Source: Aliivibrio fischeri ES114 (lineage in GTDB: Bacteria > Pseudomonadota > Gammaproteobacteria > Enterobacterales > Vibrionaceae). Taken from it: a DNA stretch of 32,000 bases. Where the stretch lies: NCBI RefSeq assembly GCF_000011805.1, contig NC_006841.2; one strand, given 5' to 3'. Below the pieces are notes generated by a model. That model was not told the origin of the DNA. It saw only the letters and a list, made by a program, of their open reading frames with translations, and ran no database searches. This document shows positions 6,033 to 16,696 of the stretch, piece by piece. Every line of letters starts with the position of its first letter. Positions within the stretch are counted from its first letter, which is position 1. The position numbers and the translations under genes were made by a program.

Positions 6033-7432
6033 TTACGCCCAGAAAATGGCAGCGAAACCGGTTAAGACAACAACACAAACAAGGTTTAAGTAAATACCTA
6101 CACGCATCATTTCAGATTGTTTAATATGACCAGAGCCGAAGACAATGGCATTAGGTGGTGTCGCGACTGGTAGCATGAAGGCACAAGAAGCAGAGATTGC
6201 TATCATGGCTGAAAGCACAACAGGTGAAATACCAAGAGCTTCTGCCACACTTGCAAATACTGGGATAAGCAGAGCAGCACTTGCTGTGTTACTTGCAAAC
6301 TCAGTTAAGAACACCACAAAAGCTGCAACGGTTAATATGGTAAATAATATGCCAGCTTGAGAAAGAATATCGCTCAGGCTATGCGCTAGGAAGGTACTGG
6401 TTCCGGTTGCTTTTAGGATGTTACTTAAACAGATACCACCGCCAAATAACAGTAATACACCCCAGTCAGTGGTTTTTTCAATGTCTTTCCATTGCACCAC
6501 TCGTGCAAACCCAACCAGAATGATCGCCATTAGCGCCACAATAGTATCGAATTTTGAGAACCCGCCTAGCATGGCATTAATTGGTTTGCTGAAAATCCAT
6601 AAGGTAACCGTAAGAGCAAAAATCATGAGAGTAACGACTTTGCCTTTATCCCATGCAATTGGTTCTTGGTTTAGCTCAAAGACTTCATTTAAGTTTGGTT
6701 TTAGCATGAAGTATAAAAGTGCAACTGTGGTAGGCAGTAGAACTAAAGTAACAGGTACACCAAAGGCCATCCATTCAGTAAAACTTAAACCAACTTCAGC
6801 TGCGGCAATGGCATTTGGTGGACTACCAACGATGGTTGAGATCCCGCCAATGCTGGCACAGTAAGCTATACCCAGTAAAACGAACACATAGGTATTGTGG
6901 CCTGATTTTGAATTTACTTTGTTTAATACCCCTAAAACTAACGGAAGCATCATGGCAGTAGTGGCAGTGTTACTTATCCACATTGATAGTCCTGCTGTTA
7001 CACCAAATAGCATGTAAATAGCGGTACTCATTTTACCATTTGCTAAAACCAATACTTTATCTGCAATGGCTTTGTCTAGCTCTTGTCTGTGAAGTGCGGC
7101 TGCCAGAGCAAAACCACCAAGAAAGAGGAAAATGATCGGGTTTGCGAAGTTACTGAGTGCTTTTCCGGTGTCAAAATCCCAAAACCAATGGCAAACATAG
7201 GAACTAAAAGGGCGGTGATACTAACGTGCATAGCTTCGGTGAGCCATAAAATAGCAACAAACGTTAAGATACTTAACCCAAGTACAACGTCCCTTTCAAA
7301 TGGAAGGAAGTTATACAGTAAAGCAAAAAGAACGATATCAGCGAGGATGATAAGGCTATTTTTATTTAAGAACCATTCCCTAGTATTTGTGGGTAACGGT
7401 AGATTTTCATTTTTGAGCATGACGAACTCCAT
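6033..7432 (-). pseudogene. DASS/SLC13-family anion:sodium symporter, split by a 1-nt frameshift (or sequencing error)
   Basis: The 118-aa ORF (7432->7076) and 339-aa ORF (7052->6033) are the N- and C-parts of one transporter. Hand translation around 7150-7175 shows ...[15 protein letters not shown] in one frame. [44 protein letters not shown]... follows in the next frame. The junction is at the T4 run 7161..7164. Confidence 0.8.
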
Positions 7433-7775
7433 TCTAACGATGAATTTTCAGACCAACTTTCTATCAATATGTTTTGATATCACTTGTTATTGTTACAGAA
7501 TATTAACCGTAGTAAATGGAAGGTTATGAGGAGTGTCGTTTAGATCGTTTATATAATGTTGTAACTCTATTTAAGATCACGTTTTAAACAGAAAATGCAC
7601 TTTAATTGTTATTCTTGTGTTAACTGTTATTTATTTGGAAGAAGAAGTTAAAAAAAGAATTGAATTGAGAAGCTGTATTGGATTTTTTTGTTTTTTTCCT
7701 TTATTTACAGTTGGTTATTTTTAATTAACGCCACCAGTTAAATGGTGACGTTAATTTTACTGAGTAAAGCCCTTG

Positions 7776-10073
7776 CTACATTTGTTCTGTAAATGTACGG
7801 CTAATTACGTCCTGCTGTTGCTCACGAGTTAGTGAGTTAAAGCGTACAGCATAACCTGATACTCGAATGGTTAATTGTGGGTATTTTTCTGGGTGTTCAA
7901 CAGCATCTAGCAATGTATCACGGTTTAATACGTTAACATTGAGATGTTGGCCACCTTCAATTCCCTCATTTGCGTTTGCGGCTTCGTGGTGGAAGTAACC
8001 ATCCATAAGTGCTGCAAGGTTTTGTTTTTGTGCATCTTCATCTTTGCCAAGTGCATTTGGCACAATAGAGAAAGTATAAGAAATACCATCTTTAGCGTAA
8101 GCAAATGGCAGTTTTGATACGGATGTTAGCGACGCTACTGCTCCGTTTTCATCTCGACCATGCATTGGGTTTGCACCCGGACCAAAAGGCATGCCTGCAC
8201 GACGGCCATCCGGTGTGTTACCTGTTTTCTTACCGTATACAACGTTTGATGTAATGGTAAGAATCGATTGTGTTGGAATAGCTTCACGGTACATGCTCAT
8301 TTTTTGAATTTTTTTCATGAAACGTTCAACAAGATCACAAGCAATGTCATCAACACGGTTATCATTATTACCAAATTTAGGGTAATCACCTTCAATGTTG
8401 AAATCGATAGCCACACCATCTTCATCACGAACTGGAGTTACTTTAGCGAATTTAATGGCTGCTAATGAATCAGCAACCACTGATAGACCTGCAATACCAC
8501 ATGCCATTGTTCGGCGAACATCGCGATCCATTAATGCCATTAATGATGCTTCGTAGCTGTAACGGTCGTGCGAATAGTGAATGATATTTAAAGCCGTCAC
8601 ATATTGTGTTGCTAACCAATCTAACATTGAATCAAAGCGTGGCATTAGACTGTCGAAATCAAGGACTTCGTCGCTTACTTTGTCTACTTGTGGGCCAACT
8701 TGTGCTTTTGATTTTTCATCAATACCACCATTGATGGTGTAAAGCAGAGCTTTTGCTAGGTTGGCACGAGCACCAAAAAATTGCATGTGTTTACCAACGA
8801 CTTGTGGGCTTACACAACACGCAATGGCATAGTCATCGTTATCGAAATCAGGACGCATTAAGTCATCGTTTTCGTATTGTACTGATGAGGTATCAATTGA
8901 CACTTTCGCTGCGTATTTCTTAAAGGCAATTGGTAGTTGTTCTGACCAAAGGATTGTCATGTTTGGCTCTGGTGCTGGGCCCATTGTGTGCAATGTGTGT
9001 AGATAACGGAATGTTGTCTTAGTCACTAATGTACGGCCATCAACCCCCATACCAGCCATGGCTTCTGTTGCCCAGATTGGGTCGCCAGAGAAAAGTGAAT
9101 CGTATTCTGGTGTACGTAAGAAACGTACCATACGTAACTTCATGATGAAGTGGTCAATCATCTCTTGTGCTTGTTCTTCGGTAATTAAACCGTTGGCAAT
9201 ATCACGTTCAACATAAACATCAAGGAAGGTTGATGTACGGCCTAGTGACATTGCGGCACCGTTTTGAGATTTAACGGCAGCAAGGTAACCAAAATATGTA
9301 AATTGAATGGCTTCTTGAGCTGTTTTAGCTGGTAGAGACATATCAATACCGTATTTTAGGCCCATTTGACGAATGTCTTCTAGTGCTTGAACTTGGTCTG
9401 CTAGCTCTTCACGAAGTCGCATGGTTTTTTCAAGATCTTGGCCTTGTTCAAGGAAAGCTTGAGTTGAGTTGTATTGCTCTTTTTTATCGGCTTTTAAGAA
9501 ATCAATACCGTAAAGTGCTAAACGACGATAGTCACCAATGATACGACCACGGCCATAAGCATCAGGAAGGCCCGTGATGATGCCTGATTTACGACATGCG
9601 AGGATCTCTTTAGTATAAAGATCGAAACATGCTTTGTTGTGTGTTTTGCGATATTCAGTGAATATCTTCTCAACGTTTTTATCTAACTCACGACCATAAA
9701 CTTCGCATGAGTTTTTCACCATACGAATACCGCCGTTAGCGATAATAGAGCGTTTTAGGGGTTTGTCGGTTTGTAGACCAACGATTTTTTCTAGATCTTT
9801 ATTGATGTAACCAGCGTCATGAGAAATGATTGTTGAAGGTAGGTCGGTATCGAAATCAACAGGAGCGTGAGTTCGGCTCTCTTGTTTGATGCCTTCTAAT
9901 ACGCTATTCCATAATGTAGTGGTTGATTCTGTTGCTTCTACAAGGAAGGATTCATCTCCTTCATATGGAGTGTAGTTTGTTTGAATAAAATCACGAGTGT
10001 TTACGCTCGTTTGCCATTCGCCATTAGTAAAGCCACGCCATGCTTCTATCATACCAGTTGTTGGAATAGTCAT
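7776..10073 (-). CDS. formate C-acetyltransferase (pyruvate/2-ketobutyrate formate-lyase, PflB/TdcE-like glycyl radical enzyme)
   Basis: 765 aa. It carries the active-site IACCVSP and the glycyl-radical motif [25 protein letters not shown], and is near-collinear with E. coli PflB as I remember it. No activase or focA is in the window. Confidence 0.95.
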   Translation of the reverse strand: MTIPTTGMIEAWRGFTNGEWQTSVNTRDFIQTNYTPYEGDESFLVEATESTTTLWNSVLEGIKQESRTHAPVDFDTDLPSTIISHDAGYINKDLEKIVGLQTDKPLKRSIIANGGIRMVKNSCEVYGRELDKNVEKIFTEYRKTHNKACFDLYTKEILACRKSGIITGLPDAYGRGRIIGDYRRLALYGIDFLKADKKEQYNSTQAFLEQGQDLEKTMRLREELADQVQALEDIRQMGLKYGIDMSLPAKTAQEAIQFTYFGYLAAVKSQNGAAMSLGRTSTFLDVYVERDIANGLITEEQAQEMIDHFIMKLRMVRFLRTPEYDSLFSGDPIWATEAMAGMGVDGRTLVTKTTFRYLHTLHTMGPAPEPNMTILWSEQLPIAFKKYAAKVSIDTSSVQYENDDLMRPDFDNDDYAIACCVSPQVVGKHMQFFGARANLAKALLYTINGGIDEKSKAQVGPQVDKVSDEVLDFDSLMPRFDSMLDWLATQYVTALNIIHYSHDRYSYEASLMALMDRDVRRTMACGIAGLSVVADSLAAIKFAKVTPVRDEDGVAIDFNIEGDYPKFGNNDNRVDDIACDLVERFMKKIQKMSMYREAIPTQSILTITSNVVYGKKTGNTPDGRRAGMPFGPGANPMHGRDENGAVASLTSVSKLPFAYAKDGISYTFSIVPNALGKDEDAQKQNLAALMDGYFHHEAANANEGIEGGQHLNVNVLNRDTLLDAVEHPEKYPQLTIRVSGYAVRFNSLTREQQQDVISRTFTEQM

Positions 10074-10599
10074 AATGCTTACCTATCTTTAATTATTTGT
10101 TTTTCAATCAGTTTGTAGAATCGTATTTTTGAATTAGGATGTTCAATAACCCGTAATAACAAACTGTTTTCTTTAAATCGATACTATTCCTATCAGCTGT
10201 ATGAGTAAAATGAATGCTTTTCATTTTTTAAATGCATTATATGCATATATTAAGTTTTAATATTCTTTGTCGTTAGTCTGGTGAGTGAAATTTTTTATTT
10301 TCACTGTTGATTAATTGTTTGAATGCATCTGTTTCGTGAATGCTTTTTGTTGGGGGTATTTGCTTAACATTTGGAATTCGATATCTAGATTTATTTCTTT
10401 ATTTACAATAAGTTACAAAAAATAATATTGTGTGATTTGAATTCCATTTTATTGCAGTAAAAATCGTTTTTATAAATTCTTTCCATTACATTTCAGCGCC
10501 TGCCCAATCATGTCAAATTATCAAAAATAGGCGACCAAACTTATTGAAAGACTGTGCAGAACAAAAAACATAATAATAGCTGTATTTAAAGGTGAAGTA

Positions 10600-12078
10600 A
10601 TGAACAAAAGCTCAACGAAAACGCTGATTGCGTTATCTATGATGGCGGTAAGCTCAGGCGTATCGGCACATGGTTATGTATCTGAAACTAATGATGGTAT
10701 TGCTGGCTCTCGTGCTGCGCTGTGTAAATTCCCAACATCAGATACTCAAGAAAAAAACCGCGACTGTGGTGCTGTTCAATGGGAACCACAAAGTGTTGAA
10801 GGCCCTGAAGGTTTCCCTGAGAAAGGTCCTGCTGATGGTCAAATCGCAGGTGCTGGCCTGGTTCAATTTTCTGAATTAAACGAACAAACAGCTGATCGTT
10901 GGGTTAAACGTCCAATTACTGCTGGCGCACAAACGTTTGAATGGACGTTTACAGCAAACCACGTAACAAGAACGTGGAAGTACTACATGACAAAACAGAA
11001 CTGGAATCCAAATGCGGTATTAACACGTGATTCATTTGATCTAACTCCGTTCTGTGAACTTGAATACAACATGGAAAAACCGCCTCTATACCCAAATACG
11101 TTCTCACACGAATGTATTGTTCCTGAGCGTGAAGGTTACCAAGTTATTCTTGCTGTTTGGGATGTGGGTGATACTGCAGCTGCATTCTATAACGTAATCG
11201 ACGTTAAGTTTGACGGTAATGGTGGCGTGGTTGACCCAACTTGGTCTCAAGGTGGTCAAATTAACCCAACTCGTGATTTAAACGTGGGTGATCGTGTATT
11301 TACTCGTGTGTTTGATACATCTGGCGAAAATGCATCTCTTTCTACTGAATTAGTGATTGAGAATGAAACGCAAGGTCAAGCAAATAACTGGACACATGCG
11401 TTAGCAACAAAGATCAATAAAGAGCAGCAAAATATTGGTGCTGGTCAACTAAATGATAAAGGTGAATTTTCACCTCAATACGGTTCTAACCCTGTTTACC
11501 TGAAAGCGGGAAGTGGTCTAAAGAGCGTTGAAATTGGTTATCAATTAGAAACGGTTGAACCTGTTTATCATCTAGATATTGAAGGTTTGGCATCTGAATA
11601 CACAATTGGTGATTCAGCGACAGAATTAGATTTAAGCCTATATGCAACAGGTGACATGAATGTTGAGCTAACGGTTTATAACCACGGTAAAGAAGCGCTA
11701 GCAAACACGAATGTAACGTTAAAAGATGGCGAAGCAAAATCAGTAGTAATGGCACTATCTAAGTCTGAGAAAGGTCATCACATGTTGGTTTCTCGCATCA
11801 AAAACATGGATGGTGAGTTAATCAAACAAGATATGTCTGATTTCCACTTAGTTGAAGAAGCGGTAACGCCTCCACCATCAGGTGATTTTGACTTTGTATT
11901 CCCAGAAGGTGTGAAGGGTTATAAAGCAGGTACGAAAGTATTAGCAGAAGATGGCAATGTTTACCAATGTAAAGAATTTCCATACTCTGGTTACTGTGTA
12001 CAATGGACTGAAACAGCAACTAACTTTGCACCAGGTGTAGGCTCTGATTGGTCTATGGCTTGGGATAAAGTAAATTAA
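10600..12078 (+). CDS. gbpA: N-acetylglucosamine-binding protein A (AA10 lytic polysaccharide monooxygenase + chitin-binding domains)
   Basis: Signal peptide ending VSA|HGYV (N-terminal His of the AA10 copper site). Long collinear matches to V. cholerae GbpA: [84 protein letters not shown]. Confidence 0.95.
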   Translation: MNKSSTKTLIALSMMAVSSGVSAHGYVSETNDGIAGSRAALCKFPTSDTQEKNRDCGAVQWEPQSVEGPEGFPEKGPADGQIAGAGLVQFSELNEQTADRWVKRPITAGAQTFEWTFTANHVTRTWKYYMTKQNWNPNAVLTRDSFDLTPFCELEYNMEKPPLYPNTFSHECIVPEREGYQVILAVWDVGDTAAAFYNVIDVKFDGNGGVVDPTWSQGGQINPTRDLNVGDRVFTRVFDTSGENASLSTELVIENETQGQANNWTHALATKINKEQQNIGAGQLNDKGEFSPQYGSNPVYLKAGSGLKSVEIGYQLETVEPVYHLDIEGLASEYTIGDSATELDLSLYATGDMNVELTVYNHGKEALANTNVTLKDGEAKSVVMALSKSEKGHHMLVSRIKNMDGELIKQDMSDFHLVEEAVTPPPSGDFDFVFPEGVKGYKAGTKVLAEDGNVYQCKEFPYSGYCVQWTETATNFAPGVGSDWSMAWDKVN

Positions 12079-12113
12079 TATTGCTTATTAGATTATAGCG
12101 ATAAAAAATAATA

Positions 12114-12150
12114 AGAGAGCCTTCAATATATAAAATGAAGGCTCTTTTTA
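12114..12150. terminator. bidirectional rho-independent terminator
   Basis: agagccttca / tgaaggctct stem with a 10-nt loop and a T-run after it. It lies between convergent gbpA and the 312-aa gene. Confidence 0.7.
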
Positions 12151-12193
12151 TTTATAGTTTATATATAATTAATAAGATTATCTTATTTATAAA

Positions 12194-13132
12194 TTAAATA
12201 CCTTGGTCATCCATTGAGAACGTAAATTTAGCTTCATCATCCCACGTAGCTGGTAGGTCTAATTTAACAACCGGCTTTATTAAACCATACATATTATAGA
12301 AATCTTGTTGGTAAGATCTCGCCTCATTTAATCCTTCTTGACCCGTTATATCAATATAGAAGAAAGCTTGAACTGGTGTTTGTCGACCTAAACTTTTATC
12401 CCATGTTTTAATGCGGATTTCATTTTGCTTGTTATGAGTCTGCCCACTCACATCACGCATTGCTTGTAGCCCTTGATAAAAGTTAGATGCAACAAACTCA
12501 GTAGCATTAGGGTAGTAATATTGAATGTTAAAACCACATTGATGATGATCGCGATTATCACCATTACTTGATGTTGAATTGTAGTGGTTTACCCATTGAC
12601 CTTCAGTATAAATACCTTGTGCATTACACTCACCACTGCTTGATTGGTATGACGTGTGAGCGCCACATCCTGCATCACCACGTCGGTTTGTATCTGCATC
12701 TACAGGGAAAAAGCAAAGATATTCAAGATCTAAGGCACTACCAACTAACTCAAACGTTGGATAAATGGTAAAACCACTTTTGTATCCATAAGCTAGGCGT
12801 GAGAACTTAGCATCAGTACGAAGATATGAGAAAGAAACACCGCCACTTTTTTCTGATGATGGGCTCGGCTCCCATACATGGTAATTACCCGGTTGAGTGC
12901 CTCGTAATGTGACCCCACTACATAGATAAGAAGAACGATGCGAAGCGCCGCAATTGGCTCTTGTATCGTAATAATTTTCCATTAGGTTCTTAACCACTTT
13001 ATTACCTAATTCAGGCGTAACAACAGAATAACCAGGTGGCTTTGTTGGTGGTTGGGGCGGTGGTGGCTTAGCAAAAGCGAAAGCATTGGCACTGCTTATT
13101 ATTATAAAAGATGTTAATACCAACTTAAACAT
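12194..13132 (-). CDS. secreted Cys-rich protein of unknown function (signal peptide + proline-rich linker)
   Basis: MFKLVLTSFIIISSANAFA signal peptide, followed by KPPPPQPPTKPP, with 8 Cys in the mature part. I cannot assign a family with confidence. Confidence 0.75.
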   Translation of the reverse strand: MFKLVLTSFIIISSANAFAFAKPPPPQPPTKPPGYSVVTPELGNKVVKNLMENYYDTRANCGASHRSSYLCSGVTLRGTQPGNYHVWEPSPSSEKSGGVSFSYLRTDAKFSRLAYGYKSGFTIYPTFELVGSALDLEYLCFFPVDADTNRRGDAGCGAHTSYQSSSGECNAQGIYTEGQWVNHYNSTSSNGDNRDHHQCGFNIQYYYPNATEFVASNFYQGLQAMRDVSGQTHNKQNEIRIKTWDKSLGRQTPVQAFFYIDITGQEGLNEARSYQQDFYNMYGLIKPVVKLDLPATWDDEAKFTFSMDDQGI

Positions 13133-13453
13133 AATTCATTCCTTTTAATTGTTTTATCATTAAAATAATATTGATTATTTTTAATAATCGAAATGAATTC
13201 TAAATTGTTATTTGAATATAAACTACGTCACAAAATTTACTATATTTGTTTTTTTTGACCTAGTCTGCGAAGAATATAAGTTAAAAAATAAAATAAATTA
13301 CTTAGAATAAGTTAAATAAAGTTTATCTCATTAAAATATTATTTTACTGAATATAGAATTATTAAATTCAGTAATGAATCGAGGTTATTGATTGAGTAGA
13401 AGTAAAAGAGAGGTACAATAGTCTTATGATTATGGCGTTGAATATTGCATAAA

Positions 13454-13945
13454 ATGAATAAATTAAAGTACCTTCAAGGGTATCCTGAACATATTTTGGC
13501 GCAAGTTGCTCCAATGGTTGAGAATGGCAAGTTAGCTGAGTGGGTGAAAAAGAAGTACCCTACGATGCATGATATTACGTCTGAAAAGGCGTTGTTTGAT
13601 TATACTCAAGCATTGAAAAACAAATACATAAAGAAGTCATCGCCGTTAAGTAAAGTGGTATATGACCCAAAAATCCATGTTGTAAACAATGCATTAGGTC
13701 TACATACATTTGTTTCTCGTATTCATGGTAATAAACTGAAAGCAAAAAATGAAATTCGTATTTCAAGTGTGTTTCGAAAAGCACCGGAGCCCTTGTTGCG
13801 TATGCTCGTGGTACATGAATTAGCTCATATTAAAGAGAAAGAGCACAATAAGGCATTTTATGCTCTTTGTTGTCATATGGAGCCTGAATACCATCAACTT
13901 GAGTTTGATGCGCGGTTGTATTTAACTTACTTAGAGACACTGTGA
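13454..13945 (+). CDS. ygjP: YgjP-like metal-dependent hydrolase (DUF45 / UTP pyrophosphatase family)
   Basis: Near-collinear with E. coli YgjP as recalled (LxYLQGYPE..., KLKAKxEIRxxxVFRxAPEPxLRMxVVHELAHxKEKEHNKAFYxLCCHMEPxYHQLEFD), including the HExxH motif. I chose the ATG at 13454 rather than the track's TTG at 13445. Confidence 0.9.
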   Translation: MNKLKYLQGYPEHILAQVAPMVENGKLAEWVKKKYPTMHDITSEKALFDYTQALKNKYIKKSSPLSKVVYDPKIHVVNNALGLHTFVSRIHGNKLKAKNEIRISSVFRKAPEPLLRMLVVHELAHIKEKEHNKAFYALCCHMEPEYHQLEFDARLYLTYLETL

Positions 13946-13975
13946 GAGCGAAATATCTACATTTGAAATAGTTAC

Positions 13976-14293
13976 TTAGTGAGGATCTATTCCGTTATCT
14001 CTGCGTTCTGTTTCACACTCATAAGAGGCCATTTCAAATTCTCTGCAAATCCATGGACGGTTTTCATAGATGGTGCACATCAGTGTGTCGCGATCAACTG
14101 CAGCACACCAACCATCATCTAATCTTTTCATTATTTCACCACCCCATTGATCTTTCTCAATGAGTTCTTTTGGTACACCAGTGTCGGTAATGAGCATTAC
14201 TTCTAAACGGCAGCAGCATGCACGACAATTAGAACAGGTAATGTTAGAGGAACTATGTGTGTCAGAAGGCAACTCTATGATATCAATACTCAC
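13976..14293 (-). CDS. YkgJ-family cysteine-cluster protein (CxxCxxCC)
   Basis: 105 aa with the CSNCRACCC motif typical of the UPF0153/YkgJ family, plus further conserved Cys residues. Confidence 0.8.
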   Translation of the reverse strand: MSIDIIELPSDTHSSSNITCSNCRACCCRLEVMLITDTGVPKELIEKDQWGGEIMKRLDDGWCAAVDRDTLMCTIYENRPWICREFEMASYECETERRDNGIDPH

Positions 14294-14593
14294 TGGTGCT
14301 CCAGTTAATGTGTTTTTTATTAATATTCACAGGGTACGCTACTTTTTAGAAAGTCTCGATAATTTATTAAAAAAATAGAATATCTTGAGATGCCAAGTCG
14401 TGATCTGGGTCAATGAGGTTTTCATAGGGTAGAACCTTAAATGTAGTTCAATTGACAATATTAGTGATAGTCTTTTTTTGAAAAAAAATCACAAACATTA
14501 CTCAGCTCACATTCTCGAATGAATAGGTTTAACATCATTAATCTCCTTTGCTAAACATACACCTGAAAGGTATGGATTTAGGAGGTTATTATT

Positions 14594-14788
14594 ATGTCTA
14601 TTAATTCAATTGATCACGGTGAAATCACCGATATGAAAGGCAAGTACGAAGTAAGTGATGAAGTGGTAACAGATATTACAGAGTGTCAAAGAAAAGCAGC
14701 TGCACGTCGTCGTATTGAGGCGATGCGTGAGATTAGAGAAAGCGGACTTACGCTTGAAGAAGCAAAAGAATTAGGTCTTATCCATTAG
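14594..14788 (+). CDS. 64-aa hypothetical protein (possibly a PA3496-family small protein)
   Basis: Strong SD (TAGGAGGT) upstream and a terminator directly downstream. The AARRRIEAMREIRE segment resembles the PA3496 family as recalled; this is unverified. Confidence 0.6.
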   Translation: MSINSIDHGEITDMKGKYEVSDEVVTDITECQRKAAARRRIEAMREIRESGLTLEEAKELGLIH

Positions 14789-14826
14789 TTTTTGATTTCT
14801 ACCTTCATACCTTTAAATATTTATAG

Positions 14827-14856
14827 ATGCGCCAGAGCTGGCGCATTTTTGTTTTT
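14827..14856 (+). terminator. rho-independent terminator
   Basis: atgcgcca / tggcgcat stem followed by TTTTTGTTTTT. Confidence 0.7.
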
Positions 14857-15241
14857 AGCAACCGCTAGTTTCAAGCTTATTGCTTGATACAGAGCTAGAT
14901 TGACTTTCTTGATTGTACATAAAGTAGCAATCCGCGCTTTTAATGTTCTCAGCTGAATCTGCAAATCCGATATACAGTTGCTGTTGACCATCCACTTCTT
15001 GAATTGAAACGAGCAGGTTATCTTCAGGTTTTATCAATCTAATTATTGAATTGTTATCAAGTGGGTCATCACTTGCAATTTGGTTAGCATGCTCAACAGA
15101 AGTTTTAATGTTACCTAATACTCTTTGTTTCGCCTTGCTTTCAATGTTTGAGAAGAAAGGCTTAGCTGCAAAACCGAGTGCACCTAAAATCATGACTGCA
15201 ACGATCAACTCTTTTTGGCGGAATTTTTTATTACTTTTCAT
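14855..15241 (-). CDS. 128-aa membrane-anchored hypothetical protein with a degenerate pilin-like N-terminal helix
   Basis: MKSNKKFRQKELIVAVMILGALGFAAKPFF is a basic N-terminus with a hydrophobic helix. It lacks the G|F(T)LIE prepilin cleavage motif. Confidence 0.55.
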   Translation of the reverse strand: MKSNKKFRQKELIVAVMILGALGFAAKPFFSNIESKAKQRVLGNIKTSVEHANQIASDDPLDNNSIIRLIKPEDNLLVSIQEVDGQQQLYIGFADSAENIKSADCYFMYNQESQSSSVSSNKLETSGC

Positions 15242-15616
15242 TTTGAGTTACTCACTGAACCATACACTTCATGGTGTGCCGTTTTGACTATTTAACGGAC
15301 TATTTTCACGAAGGAGCTTTAATATGAGCTCTCGTTTCTAAATTGTATTTCATAGAAACAGAGCGAATCGATCTATTCTATAGTAATAATTGATAATTAA
15401 CACATTAGCAATGTAACACTTTTGAGAAAAAATGGGTGCAATATCAAATTAATCTAGAGTCTGTCTTCAATAGTGAGATGTTCGATAAATGATAAGAGGG
15501 AGATATATCCAGTAAACCTATGATTTTTAATTTAGAATGCGGTGTTATTTTTTATTGCTAGAAAATTTGGTGGCGAAGCATTAGAATTTGGGCGTGATTA
15601 ATTAAATGAGCTTGTT

Positions 15617-15817
15617 ATGAATAACCTTTCGCTATTACCTCCTGAAGAAAAAAATAAAATCGAACTCGATAAACAAGCTGCGTTCTTTGTTTGGAAGGTA
15701 AAAAATGCAAAAGCAGGTCCTGAACTCTGGACTATAGAAGCAGAAAAGCTAGAAGATGAGACAGAACGTCTGTTTTTTCAGCAATCTATCGAAAAATATA
15801 AAACAAAATGGGCGTAG
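15617..15817 (+). CDS. 66-aa hypothetical protein
   Basis: ORF only. It is in a plausible intergenic position and I recognise no motif. Confidence 0.4.
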   Translation: MNNLSLLPPEEKNKIELDKQAAFFVWKVKNAKAGPELWTIEAEKLEDETERLFFQQSIEKYKTKWA

Positions 15818-15912
15818 CGTAAGGTTCCTTGATCTTTACTAGCGTACCCCCTGAGTATTTTGGTAGAATCCTGTCCATAATTTTAAGTCAACAAACATAA
15901 GAGAGAATCCCG

Positions 15913-16635
15913 ATGGGAAGAAGTTTTGAAGTGCGCAAGGCCTCAATGGCTAAAACACAGGGCGCAAAAATCAAAGTTTATTCTAAATACGGTAAAGAAA
16001 TTTACATGTGTGCTAAGAATGGCGGTGCAGATCCAGACATGAACTTGTCTCTAAAACACCTTATTTCAAAAGCGAAAAAGGACCAAGTTCCTGCACACGT
16101 AATTGACAAAGCCCTTGATAAAGCAACTGGCGGTGGTGGTGAAGATTACCAACACGCACGCTACGAAGGCTTTGCACCAGGCGGCGCAAGCGTAATCGTT
16201 GACTGTCTAACTGACAATGGTAACCGTACTTTCCAAGATGTTCGCCAATGTTTCGTTAAAACTGGCGCTAAAATTGGTAGCCCAGGCACAAGTGCTCACA
16301 TGTTCGATCACCAAGCTGTATTCCAGTTTAAAGGCGACGACGAAGAAGCAGTACTTGAAGCTCTAATGATGCAAGATGCTGACGTTACTGACATTGAACT
16401 TGAAGATGGCGTAATCACAGTATTTGCACCAAACACTGAGTTCTTTAAAGTAAAAACTGCTTTAGCTGCAGAATACCCAGACTTAGTTCTAGATGTCGAA
16501 GAGATCACTTTTGTTCCTCAAAACCACACACCAGTAACTGGTGAAGATGCTGAGAAATTCCAAAAATTCTTAGACATGCTAGATGATTGTGATGATGTTC
16601 AACAGGTTTATCACAACGCAGAATTAGAAGACTAA
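15913..16635 (+). CDS. YebC/PmpR-family transcriptional regulator (YeeN-like)
   Basis: 240 aa. Motifs [47 protein letters not shown] and [10 protein letters not shown] are typical of the YebC/YeeN family. Confidence 0.9.
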
Positions 16636-16660
16636 TCAGTCCTTTAATTTTCAAAATGAT

Positions 16661-16696
16661 AAAAGCCGAGCCTATGTTGCTCGGCTTTTTCTTTTT
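16661..16696 (+). terminator. rho-independent terminator
   Basis: gccgagc / gctcggc stem with a 7-nt loop, followed by TTTTTCTTTTT. Confidence 0.75.

Noticed and set aside
6145-7529. Plus-strand ORFs 6145..6360, 6418..6864 and 7083..7529 opposite the DASS transporter.
   Set aside because: They are antisense shadows of a membrane-protein gene and have no independent support.
7727-7752. The hairpin aacgccacca/tggtgacgtt just downstream of the pfl stop could be its intrinsic terminator.
   Set aside because: On the minus-strand transcript the stem is followed by an A-rich tract and not a U-rich one, so it is not a canonical rho-independent terminator.
10307-10325. FNR-type sites in the pfl promoter region: ttgattaattgtttg here, and ttgaa-N8-ttcaa near 10130.
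   Set aside because: Neither fits TTGAT-N4-ATCAA in both sequence and spacing.
10074-10599. A GEMM-I c-di-GMP riboswitch upstream of gbpA, as in V. cholerae Vc1.
   Set aside because: An eye scan found no GGCAAACC / GGGACGCAAAGC cores and no paired-hairpin architecture. A covariance-model scan is still needed to be sure.
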